A DNA stretch of 64,000 nucleotides from Polaribacter sp. (GTDB lineage: Bacteria > Bacteroidota > Bacteroidia > Flavobacteriales > Flavobacteriaceae), in contig NZ_JBDVJE010000071.1 in the NCBI RefSeq assembly GCF_039939415.1, positions 6,182-70,181 of the forward strand, written 5' to 3'. Below the pieces are notes generated by a model. The model was not told where the DNA came from, ran no database searches, and saw nothing but the letters and a program-made list of their open reading frames with translations. Below are positions 1 to 9,764 of this stretch, piece after piece. The translations under genes and the position numbers were made by a program. Every line of letters begins with the position of its first letter. The stretch's first letter is position 1.

Positions 1-1635
1 TATTTATCAGGCTTTGTTTCTTTGTTTTTTTTATTTGCTATTGTAACTGGTGTAATTATTCATTGGAAAAAAATAGTTTCAAATTTTTATCAATTTAATC
101 CAAAAATAACTTTAAAACGTATTTGGACAGATTCTCATACTGCTCTTGGTATTATTGGTTTACCCTTCCAATTTATATTTGCTATTACTGGTGCTTATTT
201 AGGAATTGGTGTTTTAGTACTCTTACCTGCCACGTTTTTATATAATGGTAATCAAGATAAATTAATTGAAAATGTACGTCCTGAAAGAAAAAATTACGAA
301 TGGATAACAACAACAAATAAAGAAATTTTAAGCTTTAATACTTTTGCAAAAAAAACAAACGATACTTGGGATGAATTTCATTTAACAAGGACTTTTATAA
401 GAAATTATAAAGGCAATAATATGGAGTATGTTTTAATTGGAGAACTAAGTGATAAAGAACGATATATTGGTATAGGTAGAATTGTTTACAATGCTTACAC
501 TGGTAAAATCAAAGAAATTAAAGATCCTAACAAACTAAATTACCTAGAAGATTCTCAAAGATTATTAGCAAGATTACATTTTGCAGATTTTGGCGGATTC
601 TGGGTTAGAATCATCTATTTTATTTTAGCTTTTATTACCTGTTTTGTAATTATAACTGGAGTCTTAATTTATATTGAAGCACGTAATAAAAAAAGTATAA
701 CATTAAAACAACGTTTGTACACCACAAAAGTTGGTCATATTTATTTAGCAATCTGTTTATCTCTGTTTCCTATTACAGCTTTATCTTTTCTATTGGTAAA
801 ACTGTTACCAGAAACTTATATGAATCAAAGAATGAACATATTGTATACTTTCTTTTTTACAACTTGGCTCATTGCAACGATCTATTTTCGTTACAAAAGA
901 GATAATTATTTTACAAACAAGGCAACATTATTATCAGGTGCAATTCTGGGTATTTTAATTCCGATTGTTAATGGTATTGTTACCAATAATTGGATTTGGA
1001 AAACGTATAAAAATAATCAAATTGAAATTTTCTCTGTAGATCTTCTTTGGATATTATTATCAATAACAGCTTTTCTAGTGTATTTAAAAATTAAACCCTC
1101 TGTTAAAGAACAAAGTGCTTTTACAAAACATCCAATAGATTATAAAAACAGAAAACAATTGTTATTAGAAGAACAAAGTAAATCAAAATTTAATAACGAA
1201 AAAACATCAATAACAAAACCAAAAATAAATAAAAACGAAATACCTATGAAAACGAAAATTGTAATCCTTTGGCTATTTTTAGGAATTGGTTGGATTGTAC
1301 ATCACATGTATGGACTTTTCAATATCTATTATAATGAAACCTTAATTTTAGAAAACGCAACTGGAGAGGCTCCTTTAGCACATCATATTTATAGAATTGT
1401 TTTTGAAGGTCTTTGTTTATTTTTTGCACTATTAACCATCGAAGTTTCTAAAAAATGGTTTATTTGGACTTCTTTTATTTGGGCAACAATAGCTGGTATT
1501 TACAACATTTATCATTTTATAGAAGCTATTATTTTTGAAAGCTCTAACATCTCAGAAATATTTATGTTAGCATTGGTTTCTACTGCAAGTATTTTATTAA
1601 TTAGAAATTTGAATTCTTGGGAAAAAGAGTTTTAA
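1..1635 (+). CDS. PepSY-associated TM helix protein (5' partial; frame open from base 1)
   Basis: Multi-TM protein with WTDSHTALG and RLHFADFGG motifs typical of PepSY-TM iron-uptake membrane proteins; extra hydrophobic C-terminal module from Met at 1246. Confidence 0.8.
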   Translation, partial: YLSGFVSLFFLFAIVTGVIIHWKKIVSNFYQFNPKITLKRIWTDSHTALGIIGLPFQFIFAITGAYLGIGVLVLLPATFLYNGNQDKLIENVRPERKNYEWITTTNKEILSFNTFAKKTNDTWDEFHLTRTFIRNYKGNNMEYVLIGELSDKERYIGIGRIVYNAYTGKIKEIKDPNKLNYLEDSQRLLARLHFADFGGFWVRIIYFILAFITCFVIITGVLIYIEARNKKSITLKQRLYTTKVGHIYLAICLSLFPITALSFLLVKLLPETYMNQRMNILYTFFFTTWLIATIYFRYKRDNYFTNKATLLSGAILGILIPIVNGIVTNNWIWKTYKNNQIEIFSVDLLWILLSITAFLVYLKIKPSVKEQSAFTKHPIDYKNRKQLLLEEQSKSKFNNEKTSITKPKINKNEIPMKTKIVILWLFLGIGWIVHHMYGLFNIYYNETLILENATGEAPLAHHIYRIVFEGLCLFFALLTIEVSKKWFIWTSFIWATIAGIYNIYHFIEAIIFESSNISEIFMLALVSTASILLIRNLNSWEKEF

Positions 1636-1648
1636 AAAGTACTAGAAA

Positions 1649-2173
1649 ATGAAAGAAATTGGTTTAGTATACGGTTCAGATACAGGAATGACAGAAGAAA
1701 TTACAAGTGCCATTGTAGATAAATGGGACTTATGTAACATCAAAGTTATTGACGTTTCTGAAGTTAAAAAAGAAGATTTTAACAAGTACGATATTTTAAT
1801 TCTTGGTCTTTCTACTTGGTATGATGGTGATTTACAAAGCGAATGGGAAAATTATTATGATGAATTTAAAACAATAGATTTTACAAATAAAACGGTTGCT
1901 CTTTTTGGTTTGGGAGATCAATATGGTTATGGAGAATATTTTATTGATGGTGTAGGTATACTAGCAGAAGTCATCCTAAAAAATAATGGAAAAATAACTG
2001 GTTATTGGCCAACAAAAGGTTACAACTTTGAAGAGTCTAAAGCACTATTTAATGATGATTTCTTTTACGGATTGGCACTAGACGAAGACAATCAACCAGA
2101 ACTTACAGAAGAAAGAATTTCTAACTGGTTATCTATTTTAATTGATGAATTTTCTATTAAATTAAATTTATAA
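1649..2173 (+). CDS. fldA: Long-chain flavodoxin
   Basis: GSDTGMTE FMN loop, LGLSTWYDGDLQ, FGLGDQYGYGEYF, GLALDEDNQ. Confidence 0.93.
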   Translation: MKEIGLVYGSDTGMTEEITSAIVDKWDLCNIKVIDVSEVKKEDFNKYDILILGLSTWYDGDLQSEWENYYDEFKTIDFTNKTVALFGLGDQYGYGEYFIDGVGILAEVILKNNGKITGYWPTKGYNFEESKALFNDDFFYGLALDEDNQPELTEERISNWLSILIDEFSIKLNL

Positions 2174-2210
2174 AAAAAATCCGAAATTCTAAAGTTTCGG
2201 ATTTTTTTTT
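2172..2210. terminator. Bidirectional intrinsic terminator between fldA and ferritin
   Basis: A8-TCCGAAA...TTTCGGA-T9. Confidence 0.85.
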
Positions 2211-2223
2211 ATACTAATTATAT

Positions 2224-2730
2224 TTATTCTTTAGGTAAACACTCATCAATCATTTTTAAAGGCATGTCTAACATTAAGTCGAAAATATCTAAAACACTCC
2301 TTATTGCATCTTCTTCTTCTACCTGTTCAGTTACAAACCATTGTAAAAACACTTCAGAAGCAAAATCATCTAAACTTCTTGCTTTCTTAAAACACTTATA
2401 AATTGATTGTGTTACATATATTTCTTGGTCTAAAGATTTTTCATAAATATCTCTTAACCCTTCAAAATCGTTATTAACATTTGTAACTGATGGAGATAAA
2501 GCTGCTCCTCCTGCATCGTTTACAAACTCAAAAATCTTCATTGCATGCCCTCTTTCTTCTTCTGCTTGCTTGTAAAAAAAAGCTTTACTGTTTAAAAGCT
2601 CACGTTGGTCACACCAAGATGCCATTGCTAAATAAGATGCAGAAGCGTGCATTTCTAACGCTATTTGTTCATTTAATACATCCATAACTTCTGGATGTAT
2701 CGTCATTTGTTTTCTTATTGCTTTTTGCAT
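2224..2730 (-). CDS. ftnA: Non-heme ferritin
   Basis: LNEQIALE, QAEEERGHA, FLQWFVTEQVEEE ferroxidase motifs. Confidence 0.9.
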   Translation of the reverse strand: MQKAIRKQMTIHPEVMDVLNEQIALEMHASASYLAMASWCDQRELLNSKAFFYKQAEEERGHAMKIFEFVNDAGGAALSPSVTNVNNDFEGLRDIYEKSLDQEIYVTQSIYKCFKKARSLDDFASEVFLQWFVTEQVEEEDAIRSVLDIFDLMLDMPLKMIDECLPKE

Positions 2731-2788
2731 AGTATCTGGTTTTTAACAAAAATACATGAAAACAAATATCGTTTTACACGTTTTTAAA

Positions 2789-2807
2789 ATTTAAAAACAG
2801 TCTAAAT
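2789..2807. promoter_or_regulatory. Candidate Fur-type box upstream of ferritin
   Basis: ATTTAAAAACAGTCTAAAT, 15/19 to ATTTAGAATTATTCTAAAT palindrome (recalled Flavobacteriales Fur box). Confidence 0.45.
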
Positions 2808-2821
2808 AAAAATAGATACCC

Positions 2822-3109
2822 TTAAAAATTAGAAAAAGAATAAGAAATTTCTTCTTTTAGATCTAATAATTTAGGAATTTCTAGCAATAACAAATGTTTT
2901 TTATCAGAAATAAATAATAATACAAAATTTTCATTTTGAATGATATTTTCTAAATTCTCTGCTGTTGTTAAAGTATTTATCTTATTCCTTAATTGAAGTA
3001 GTTGTGGAAATGTAAGTGTAATCACTTTTTCATCTATCTTTAATTGATAGTTGCAAAACGCGTGTTTTTTAAGTTGAATATTAAAAGTTACATCACTTAA
3101 GATTTTCAT
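2822..3109 (-). CDS. Hypothetical protein in iron gene cluster
   Basis: 95 aa ORF co-oriented with ferritin, Fur-like box upstream; no recognised family. Confidence 0.6.
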   Translation of the reverse strand: MKILSDVTFNIQLKKHAFCNYQLKIDEKVITLTFPQLLQLRNKINTLTTAENLENIIQNENFVLLFISDKKHLLLLEIPKLLDLKEEISYSFSNF

Positions 3110-3127
3110 GATGCAAATTTAATTATT

Positions 3128-3146
3128 ATTTAGAATAAATAAAAAT
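3128..3146. promoter_or_regulatory. Candidate Fur-type box
   Basis: ATTTAGAATAAATAAAAAT, 15/19 to same palindrome. Confidence 0.45.
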
Positions 3147-3366
3147 AATATTTATAGTTATTTAAAAATAGTTATTCATTAGAAAAATGAATCTCATAAA
3201 AACTCATAAAAAGGTGTTATGGCAATAAAAAAAAGCGAGAATTCTTATAAATGAACCTAAACTGAACTTTAATAAATCAAATGCATTTGGTTAATAACTT
3301 AATGAATAGATTCTAGACGATGTAAAGGAATCATTATTTTAAATTTTATCTAAAAAAACTATATAT

Positions 3367-3402
3367 AAAAAACTCACAAACTTTAAATTCTGTGAGTTTT
3401 TT
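3367..3402 (-). terminator. Intrinsic terminator after mrp-nfuA
   Basis: AAAAAACTCACA...TGTGAGTTTTTT. Confidence 0.7.
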
Positions 3403-3417
3403 TAATGTGCTAATAAC

Positions 3418-3501
3418 TGCGTTAGGGATTGAAATGGCATCCTTTTTATTTTTTTTATAAAAAGATATAATGTAAAGCCCGACCTTTAGGTAACGCCCAA
3501 A
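3418..3501 (+). ncRNA. Dispersed structured element, copy 1 (Flavo-1 RNA motif-like)
   Basis: TGCGTTAGGGATTGAAA..ATCCTTTT..AAAAGATA..AAAGCCCGACC..AACGCCCAAA; related copies at 48440 and 56359. Confidence 0.65.
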
Positions 3502-3506
3502 ACATT

Positions 3507-3743
3507 TTAACCTACATTAATTACTTCTTCAATTTGTGGAGCATACTTTTTTATTGTTGCTTCTACTCCATTTTTTAATGTCATTTGATTTACAGAACAA
3601 CCTGTACAAGCACCTTCTAATTGTACTTTTACAATTGATTCTTCTATAGAAAGTAACTTAATGTTTCCGCCATCACTTATTAAAAATGGACGAATTTCGT
3701 CTAATGCTTTTTCTACATTTTTTTGTGTTTCTTCTGCTGTCAT
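3507..3743 (-). CDS. NifU/NfuA C-terminal domain Fe-S carrier
   Basis: EIRPFLISDGGNI and LEGACTGCS motifs. Confidence 0.92.
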   Translation of the reverse strand: MTAEETQKNVEKALDEIRPFLISDGGNIKLLSIEESIVKVQLEGACTGCSVNQMTLKNGVEATIKKYAPQIEEVINVG

Positions 3744-3752
3744 AAAATCAAG

Positions 3753-4886
3753 TTATTTTGTACTACAACCACTCATAGTTGTAATTCTTACAACTTCTGT
3801 TGGCGGTAAATTTTCATTTCTTTTTAATAATTCTGAAACCATTTCTTTTGTAATATCGTTAAATGATTTCTCTAAAATTGTCCCCTCTTGTAAAGCTACA
3901 GGATGTCCAACATCACCAGACTCTCTTATACTTTGTACTAAAGGAACTTCTCCTAAAAACTTAGTATTAATATCTTGTGCTAAATTTTTTGCTCCATCTT
4001 GTCCAAAGATATAATATTTATTCTCAGGTAATTCTTCTGGTGTAAAATATGCCATGTTTTCGATGATTCCTAAAACAGGCACATTAATATTTTCTTGTTG
4101 AAACATTGCTACACCTTTTTTAGCATCTGCTAAAGCAATATTTTGAGGTGTACTTACTACAACTGCTCCATTAATAGGTAATGCTTGTACTATTGATAAA
4201 TGTACATCTCCTGTACCTGGAGGTAAATCAATTAAAAGAAAATCTAATTCTCCCCAATCTGCATCAAAAATCAATTGATTTAATGCTTTAGAAGCCATTG
4301 GTCCTCTCCAAATTACTGCTTGATCTGGATTTGTAAAAAAACCTAAAGACAATAATTTAACTCCGTAATTTTCTATTGGTTTCATTTTAGAACGACCATC
4401 TACTTTTACAGAAAGTGGTTTTTCTTTTTCAACATTAAACATAATATGTTGTGATGGACCATAAACATCTGCATCTAAAACACCCACATTAAAGCCCATT
4501 TTAGATAATGATATTGCTGTATTTGCTGTAATTGTAGATTTTCCTACACCTCCTTTACCAGAAGCAATAGCAATAATATTTTTAATATTTGGTATTTCTT
4601 TTCCTCTAATCTGATTTGGGTTTCCTTTTGGAGCTGCTGTAACTACTTTAATATTAATTTTTACAGCAATACTTTTATCTACTTTAGATTGAATTACCTT
4701 TGTAATTTCTGTTTCAATTTTCTTTTTAGCCTGTAAAGTTGGGTTACTAATGGTTACATCTACTATTACTTCATTACCAAAAGTTACTACGTTAGTAACA
4801 TTATTATTCTCTATTAAACTCTTACCTTCTCCTGGAGCAGTAATTGTTTCTAACGCTTTATATATATCTTGTTTTTTAAAACTCAT
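3753..4886 (-). CDS. mrp: Mrp/NBP35 (ApbC) Fe-S cluster carrier ATPase
   Basis: SGKGGVGKST, DADVYGPS, VIWRGPM, DLPPGTGD. Confidence 0.95.
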   Translation of the reverse strand: MSFKKQDIYKALETITAPGEGKSLIENNNVTNVVTFGNEVIVDVTISNPTLQAKKKIETEITKVIQSKVDKSIAVKINIKVVTAAPKGNPNQIRGKEIPNIKNIIAIASGKGGVGKSTITANTAISLSKMGFNVGVLDADVYGPSQHIMFNVEKEKPLSVKVDGRSKMKPIENYGVKLLSLGFFTNPDQAVIWRGPMASKALNQLIFDADWGELDFLLIDLPPGTGDVHLSIVQALPINGAVVVSTPQNIALADAKKGVAMFQQENINVPVLGIIENMAYFTPEELPENKYYIFGQDGAKNLAQDINTKFLGEVPLVQSIRESGDVGHPVALQEGTILEKSFNDITKEMVSELLKRNENLPPTEVVRITTMSGCSTK

Positions 4887-5057
4887 TTTTGAGGTTTTAA
4901 TTCTATTATAATCTTATTTACAAAGATACTTTTAAAAAAACTTTAAATAAAATCTAAGCAACAAATACTACTGCTAAATTATTTTAATAAGTAAACAATT
5001 TTTAAATTTTATTTTTTTTTATTATATTTATAAAATAATTTAAACCCCCATAAAATT

Positions 5058-5510
5058 ATGACACGCACAAACTCCCTAAAGTCTGCGATATTCTTACTGT
5101 TAATTTCTTTAAATTATCACACTTCTTTTTCACAAGATTTAGCTCAAAGTATTCATTTAAAACCTTTGTCTAAAATGTATTCTATTTCTAAAAATATTGT
5201 TGTAAAAAATGCTGTTTTAGAAGATGGAATGTATACTTATAAATTTAGAAAAGACGATATATTAGTTGAAATTAAAAACGGTATTTATTATGAATATCAT
5301 CCTAAAAATGAATTTATAAAAGCAAAAATTGATTGGATTTCTGAATATGAATATAAATTAATTATTATAGATATAGAAAAAAGAGGTGTTCCTTTTAAAA
5401 TTGGAGACCAACTTACTGCAGAAATTGTAAAAATTAAAAATAACGAATATTTTTATACTTCTCGTTTTAATAAAAAAACAGGTAAAGGAAGTTTTAAGAA
5501 AATAAAATAA
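5058..5510 (+). CDS. Secreted hypothetical protein, paralog of 6055..6507
   Basis: Signal-peptide-like N-terminus; shared VLEDG.YTYK, YYEYHP, KTGKGSFKK. Confidence 0.75.
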   Translation: MTRTNSLKSAIFLLLISLNYHTSFSQDLAQSIHLKPLSKMYSISKNIVVKNAVLEDGMYTYKFRKDDILVEIKNGIYYEYHPKNEFIKAKIDWISEYEYKLIIIDIEKRGVPFKIGDQLTAEIVKIKNNEYFYTSRFNKKTGKGSFKKIK

Positions 5511-5518
5511 TTCTAATT

Positions 5519-5863
5519 TTATAAAGGTGTATTATGTAATTCTTTCATAGGGTTCCAAAAAACTTTTTCTAAATCTTGAATTTGATTTTCTACAACAACA
5601 ATTCCTTCATTTTCTAGTAATTGTTGCATTAAATTTGCTCCATCAAAGTGATGTTTACCTGTTAAAATACCTTTTCTATTTACAACTCTATGCGCAGGAA
5701 CATCCTCTAAATTATGTGCTTTGTTCATAGCCCAACCAACCATTCTTGCAGATCTTGCTGCACCTAAATAAGTTGCTATTGCACCATAACTTGTTACTCT
5801 ACCATAAGGTATTAATTGCGTTACTTTATAAACTTTTTCAAAAAAATTATCTGTTTGTTTCAC
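5519..5863 (-). CDS. MGMT family alkyltransferase-like protein (Atl/YbaZ type)
   Basis: IPYGRVTSYGAIA and PAHRVV (active-site Cys replaced by Ala). Confidence 0.9.
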   Translation of the reverse strand: MKQTDNFFEKVYKVTQLIPYGRVTSYGAIATYLGAARSARMVGWAMNKAHNLEDVPAHRVVNRKGILTGKHHFDGANLMQQLLENEGIVVVENQIQDLEKVFWNPMKELHNTPL

Positions 5864-6054
5864 AAAGTGAAGGTAATAATTTTAGAATTTATAGCAACCT
5901 ATTTAACTCTATTGAAAAAAACAATTTCTAGTTACTTAAGTCTTATAAGCAGACTACCTACAGTTCAACTAAAGAAAATTGTTATTCAACAGCAATCATC
6001 TAATTCTGCTCAAATATTAAAATATTTTTACCCTAAATTTAAAAACTTTTCTTT

Positions 6055-6507
6055 ATGAAATTTAAGTGTCACTTAATTTTTATTGTATCTTTTTTATTGA
6101 TTTCCTTAAATTCTCAATTAAGTTTTTGTCAAAATATATCATATAATGATATAGAAAAACCTTCAACTAGATCCTATTCTATAAATAATCGAGTTATTGT
6201 TGAAAGTGGTGTCTTAGAAGACGGAAAATACACATACAAGTGTAAAGAAAAGAAAGTTTTAGTAGAAATTAAAGATGGATATTATTATGAATATCATCCA
6301 AATAAAGAATATATTAAAGCAAAGATTCAATGGTTAACAAGTTATAAATATCAACTTACAATAGTAGATCTTCAAAAAAAGAGATTTTCATCAAAAATTG
6401 GCAGCAAACTTACTTCTACAATTATAAAAATTAAAGATGATGAATATTTTTATAGTTTTATTTTTAAGAATAAAACAGGAAAAGGAAGTTTTAAAAAGGT
6501 ACATTAA
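6055..6507 (+). CDS. Secreted hypothetical protein, paralog of 5058..5510
   Basis: Same length (150 aa) and motifs as 5058..5510. Confidence 0.75.
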   Translation: MKFKCHLIFIVSFLLISLNSQLSFCQNISYNDIEKPSTRSYSINNRVIVESGVLEDGKYTYKCKEKKVLVEIKDGYYYEYHPNKEYIKAKIQWLTSYKYQLTIVDLQKKRFSSKIGSKLTSTIIKIKDDEYFYSFIFKNKTGKGSFKKVH

Positions 6508-6523
6508 ATTTAAAATAAAAAAA

Positions 6524-7195
6524 TTAATATTTCAATCTAAATTTAATATATGTAATAGATTTATTAACTTCTAAATACTGCTTTTCGTAAAAAGTTTGAG
6601 TTTCTGTAACTTCTTTAGGAGCGCCTTCGTTTTTATAAACTGTGTGGTTTGCATATAGTACTTCATGACCTTCTCCATGTAACAAACCTAATGTATAACC
6701 ATGCATAAATTCTGAATCTGTTTTAAGATTCATAATTCCTTCTTCTTCTAAAATATGATGGTATTTCTTTAAAAAAGCAGCATTCGTCATTCTATGCTTT
6801 GTTCTTTGGTATTTTATTTGTGGATCAGGAAAAGTAATCCAAATTTCAGAAACTTCATTTTCTGAAAAAATAAAATCTACAAGCTCTATTTGAGTTCTAA
6901 CAAAAGCAACATTTGGTAAATTTTCTTCGATAGCAGTTTTAGCTCCTCTCCAAAAACGAGCACCTTTTATATCGATACCAATATAGTTTTTGTTAGGGTT
7001 TTTTCTTGCTAAGGCAATAGTATACTCTCCTTTACCACAACCTAACTCTACAACAATAGGATTGTTGTTTCCAAAAAAAGAATGCCATTTACCTTTATGA
7101 GAAAAGTCTGTTACGACTTCTTCTCTTGTTGGCTGAATGACATTTTTAAACGTTTCATTTTCTTTGAAACGTTTTAGTTTGTTTTTGCTTCCCAA
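6524..7195 (-). CDS. trmB: tRNA (guanine-N7)-methyltransferase
   Basis: ELGCGKGE, ITFPDPQ, LKTD, TFYE motifs. Confidence 0.95.
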   Translation of the reverse strand: MGSKNKLKRFKENETFKNVIQPTREEVVTDFSHKGKWHSFFGNNNPIVVELGCGKGEYTIALARKNPNKNYIGIDIKGARFWRGAKTAIEENLPNVAFVRTQIELVDFIFSENEVSEIWITFPDPQIKYQRTKHRMTNAAFLKKYHHILEEEGIMNLKTDSEFMHGYTLGLLHGEGHEVLYANHTVYKNEGAPKEVTETQTFYEKQYLEVNKSITYIKFRLKY

Positions 7196-7204
7196 TGTGT
7201 AAAA

Positions 7205-7426
7205 TTAAGCTCTGTCTTCTGTTCCTTCTCTCTTAAATTTAAGAGACTGATTCATCCAGTATCCAAGTAATAATAAAAGAACTACTAAAAACCCCCAATT
7301 TACGGCATTAGAAACCCACCATCCTAAATCTGCATGTGCTACACTTGTGCGTAACCAATTAAAAGGAAGAAATAATAAATCAGTAAATAAACTACCAATC
7401 CATCTAAAAATATTGCTTGCTATCAT
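7205..7426 (-). CDS. Small membrane protein (DUF6341-like, recalled as upp neighbour)
   Basis: 73 aa with LPFNWLR and WWVSNAVNWGF plus a TM helix; family name from memory. Confidence 0.65.
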   Translation of the reverse strand: MIASNIFRWIGSLFTDLLFLPFNWLRTSVAHADLGWWVSNAVNWGFLVVLLLLLGYWMNQSLKFKREGTEDRA

Positions 7427-7467
7427 AACTTAATTATCTTTACGCTGCAAAAATAACAAAAGAAACA

Positions 7468-8397
7468 ATGCTAGCCAATTTTTTAGAGAAATCTAAACCT
7501 ATCAATTTTATATTCTACTTAGGATTGTTTTTTTGTTGCTTCTTATTTTCTGTTTTTACAAACTTAACTGCAGATGTATTTACTTGGGTTAAAGTAATAG
7601 AAAATATATCTTTTTTATTACTTTTTCTTGCTATTTTTTTCTTTTACCATTTTGTGGTTACAAAAAACAAATTAACATTCGACCACTCTTATTCTTTTTT
7701 CCTTTTTACTTTAGCAATAGTACTCTTTACAAGCAAACTACTAGATTTTAAAATCTTAACTTCTTTATTGGTATACCTTCTTTTTTTGAGGAAACTATAT
7801 AGTTTACGTTCTTCTAAAAACGTTCTTCAGAAAATATTTGATAGTGGTTTTTGGCTTGGAATTTTATGCATCTTAGAACCTTTTAGTATGTTATTTTTTG
7901 TTCTTATTTATGCTGCAATTTTATTACATCAAAAAATAACAATTCATAACTTAATTACTCCAATAATCGCTTTTATTAGTCCTTTAATAATCTTTTTTAG
8001 CTATTTTTTATGGAATAACACTACAGAAGTATTTTTTAATCATTTCTATTTAAAATTAAGCTATACATTTTCTATTTACTCATTTGATGCTACTTTATAC
8101 GTTTTTACAACAGTTCTTCTACTAGCTTTTTTTTCTATATTATTAAAATCTCCTAAAACATTATCTGTAAATAATACCTTTAAAAAAAGCTGGCTGCTTT
8201 TAATAATTAATACAGTTATTACAGTATTATTTGCTTTGGCGATTTCTAAAAAAAATGGAACTGAAATTGTGTTTTTTCTTGTGCCTGCGTCAATAATAAT
8301 AGCAAACGGGTTTGAAGTTATTCAAAAAAACTACATTAAGAATATTTTGTGGTGCTTATTAATTGCAGCAACAATTATTACTTTTTTTTGGTTATAA
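7468..8397 (+). CDS. Polytopic membrane protein (DUF6427-like)
   Basis: About 9 hydrophobic segments, KIFDSGFWLG; next to upp. Confidence 0.65.
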   Translation: MLANFLEKSKPINFIFYLGLFFCCFLFSVFTNLTADVFTWVKVIENISFLLLFLAIFFFYHFVVTKNKLTFDHSYSFFLFTLAIVLFTSKLLDFKILTSLLVYLLFLRKLYSLRSSKNVLQKIFDSGFWLGILCILEPFSMLFFVLIYAAILLHQKITIHNLITPIIAFISPLIIFFSYFLWNNTTEVFFNHFYLKLSYTFSIYSFDATLYVFTTVLLLAFFSILLKSPKTLSVNNTFKKSWLLLIINTVITVLFALAISKKNGTEIVFFLVPASIIIANGFEVIQKNYIKNILWCLLIAATIITFFWL

Positions 8398-9045
8398 TTT
8401 AGTTCCAAAAGCTAAATCTCCTGCATCACCCAAACCAGGAACTATATAACCTTTATCATTTAATTTTTTATCAATAGCAGCAATCCATAAATGGGTGTTT
8501 TCTGGAAACTTATCTTTTATAAATTCAATTCCTTCTTCAGAACCAATTACTGCTACAATATGAATTTCTTTTGGATTACCGTATTTTTTTATCGCTTCTA
8601 AAACCGCTACCAAAGATTGCCCTGTTGCCAACATTGGGTCTGCTAACAATAATGTTTTATTTTCTATTGAGGGAGCTGCAAAATATTCTACAACAATTTC
8701 AAACTCAGCATCATTATTTGGGTGATGACGATATGCAGAAATAAAAGCATTTTCTGCATTATCAAAATAATTTAATAAACCTTGATGTAAAGGTAAACCT
8801 GCTCTTAAAATTGAACATAAAACAATATCATTAGAAGGTAATGCTTCATTTTTTTTACCTAAAGGAGTTTCTACAGAAATATTAGAATAAGATAGCTGCT
8901 TACTTAATTCATAACCTAAAATCTCTCCTATTCTTTCAATGTTTCTTCTAAAACGAAGTGAATCTTTTTGAATTTTTACATCTCTAATTTCTGAGATAAA
9001 TTTGTTTAATATAGAATTCTTTTCTTGTATGTAATGAACTATCAT
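8392..9045 (-). CDS. upp: Uracil phosphoribosyltransferase
   Basis: ILRAGL, LADPMLATGQS, YIVPGLGDAGD. Confidence 0.96.
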   Translation of the reverse strand: MIVHYIQEKNSILNKFISEIRDVKIQKDSLRFRRNIERIGEILGYELSKQLSYSNISVETPLGKKNEALPSNDIVLCSILRAGLPLHQGLLNYFDNAENAFISAYRHHPNNDAEFEIVVEYFAAPSIENKTLLLADPMLATGQSLVAVLEAIKKYGNPKEIHIVAVIGSEEGIEFIKDKFPENTHLWIAAIDKKLNDKGYIVPGLGDAGDLAFGTKL

Positions 9046-9142
9046 TTGTATAATTTATAGTAACAAATGTAAAGAAATTGCTTAAAATTTGTATATTGCC
9101 TCAATACAAAAAATCAAAATATTAACAAAAAAATCAAAAAAA

Positions 9143-9613
9143 ATGGGAATTTTTTCATTCATTAAAAATGCAGGAGCAGCAGTTTTCGGCATAGGAAAAA
9201 CTACAGAAGAAGAAAATGCAGAAAAATCGAATCAATTAAGAGAAATTATTACTGGTTTAAATCTTGAAATTACTGACTTAGGAATTGCTGTAGATGACGA
9301 TGCTGTAACTCTTACAGGAGAAGCTGCAGATTTAGCAACTAAAGAAAAAGTTGTTATAGCTGTTGGTAATACAAATGGAGTTTCAACTGTAGATGATAAT
9401 TTAACAGTTGCAGAAGTAGAAATAATTGAAGAAGCTGCAATGGCACAGTTTCATACAGTAGAAAGTGGAGACACTTTAGGTAAGATTGCAAAAAACTTTT
9501 ATGGTAATGCAATGAAATACCCTGTTATATTTGAAGCTAACAAACCTATGTTATCACATCCAGATAAAATTTATCCTGGTCAGGTTTTAAGAATACCACC
9601 TTTAGTGGACTAA
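9143..9613 (+). CDS. BON + LysM protein (Kbp/YgaU-like); probable start 9143
   Basis: MGIFSFIKNAG, BON domain, HTVESGDTLGKIAK LysM, IFEANKPML. Confidence 0.9.
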   Translation: MGIFSFIKNAGAAVFGIGKTTEEENAEKSNQLREIITGLNLEITDLGIAVDDDAVTLTGEAADLATKEKVVIAVGNTNGVSTVDDNLTVAEVEIIEEAAMAQFHTVESGDTLGKIAKNFYGNAMKYPVIFEANKPMLSHPDKIYPGQVLRIPPLVD

Positions 9614-9636
9614 TCAAAAGTTAATCAACCAAAGCT

Positions 9637-9672
9637 AAAAAGAGTTTCAATTTATTTGAAACTCTTTTTTTT
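9637..9672 (+). terminator. Intrinsic terminator
   Basis: AAAAAGAGTTTCAA...TTGAAACTCTTTTT. Confidence 0.8.
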
Positions 9673-9764
9673 TATGCATTAAATTATAATTTTTAGCGCT
9701 GAAACAAGTAGAAAATTCTGTTAAATAAAAACTATATTTGTACTTCATCTAAAACGTTGATTTT

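Noticed and set aside
5816-6058. 80-aa plus-strand ORF between the paralogs
   Set aside because: Overlaps the MGMT start antisense, has low-complexity AT-driven composition and no motif
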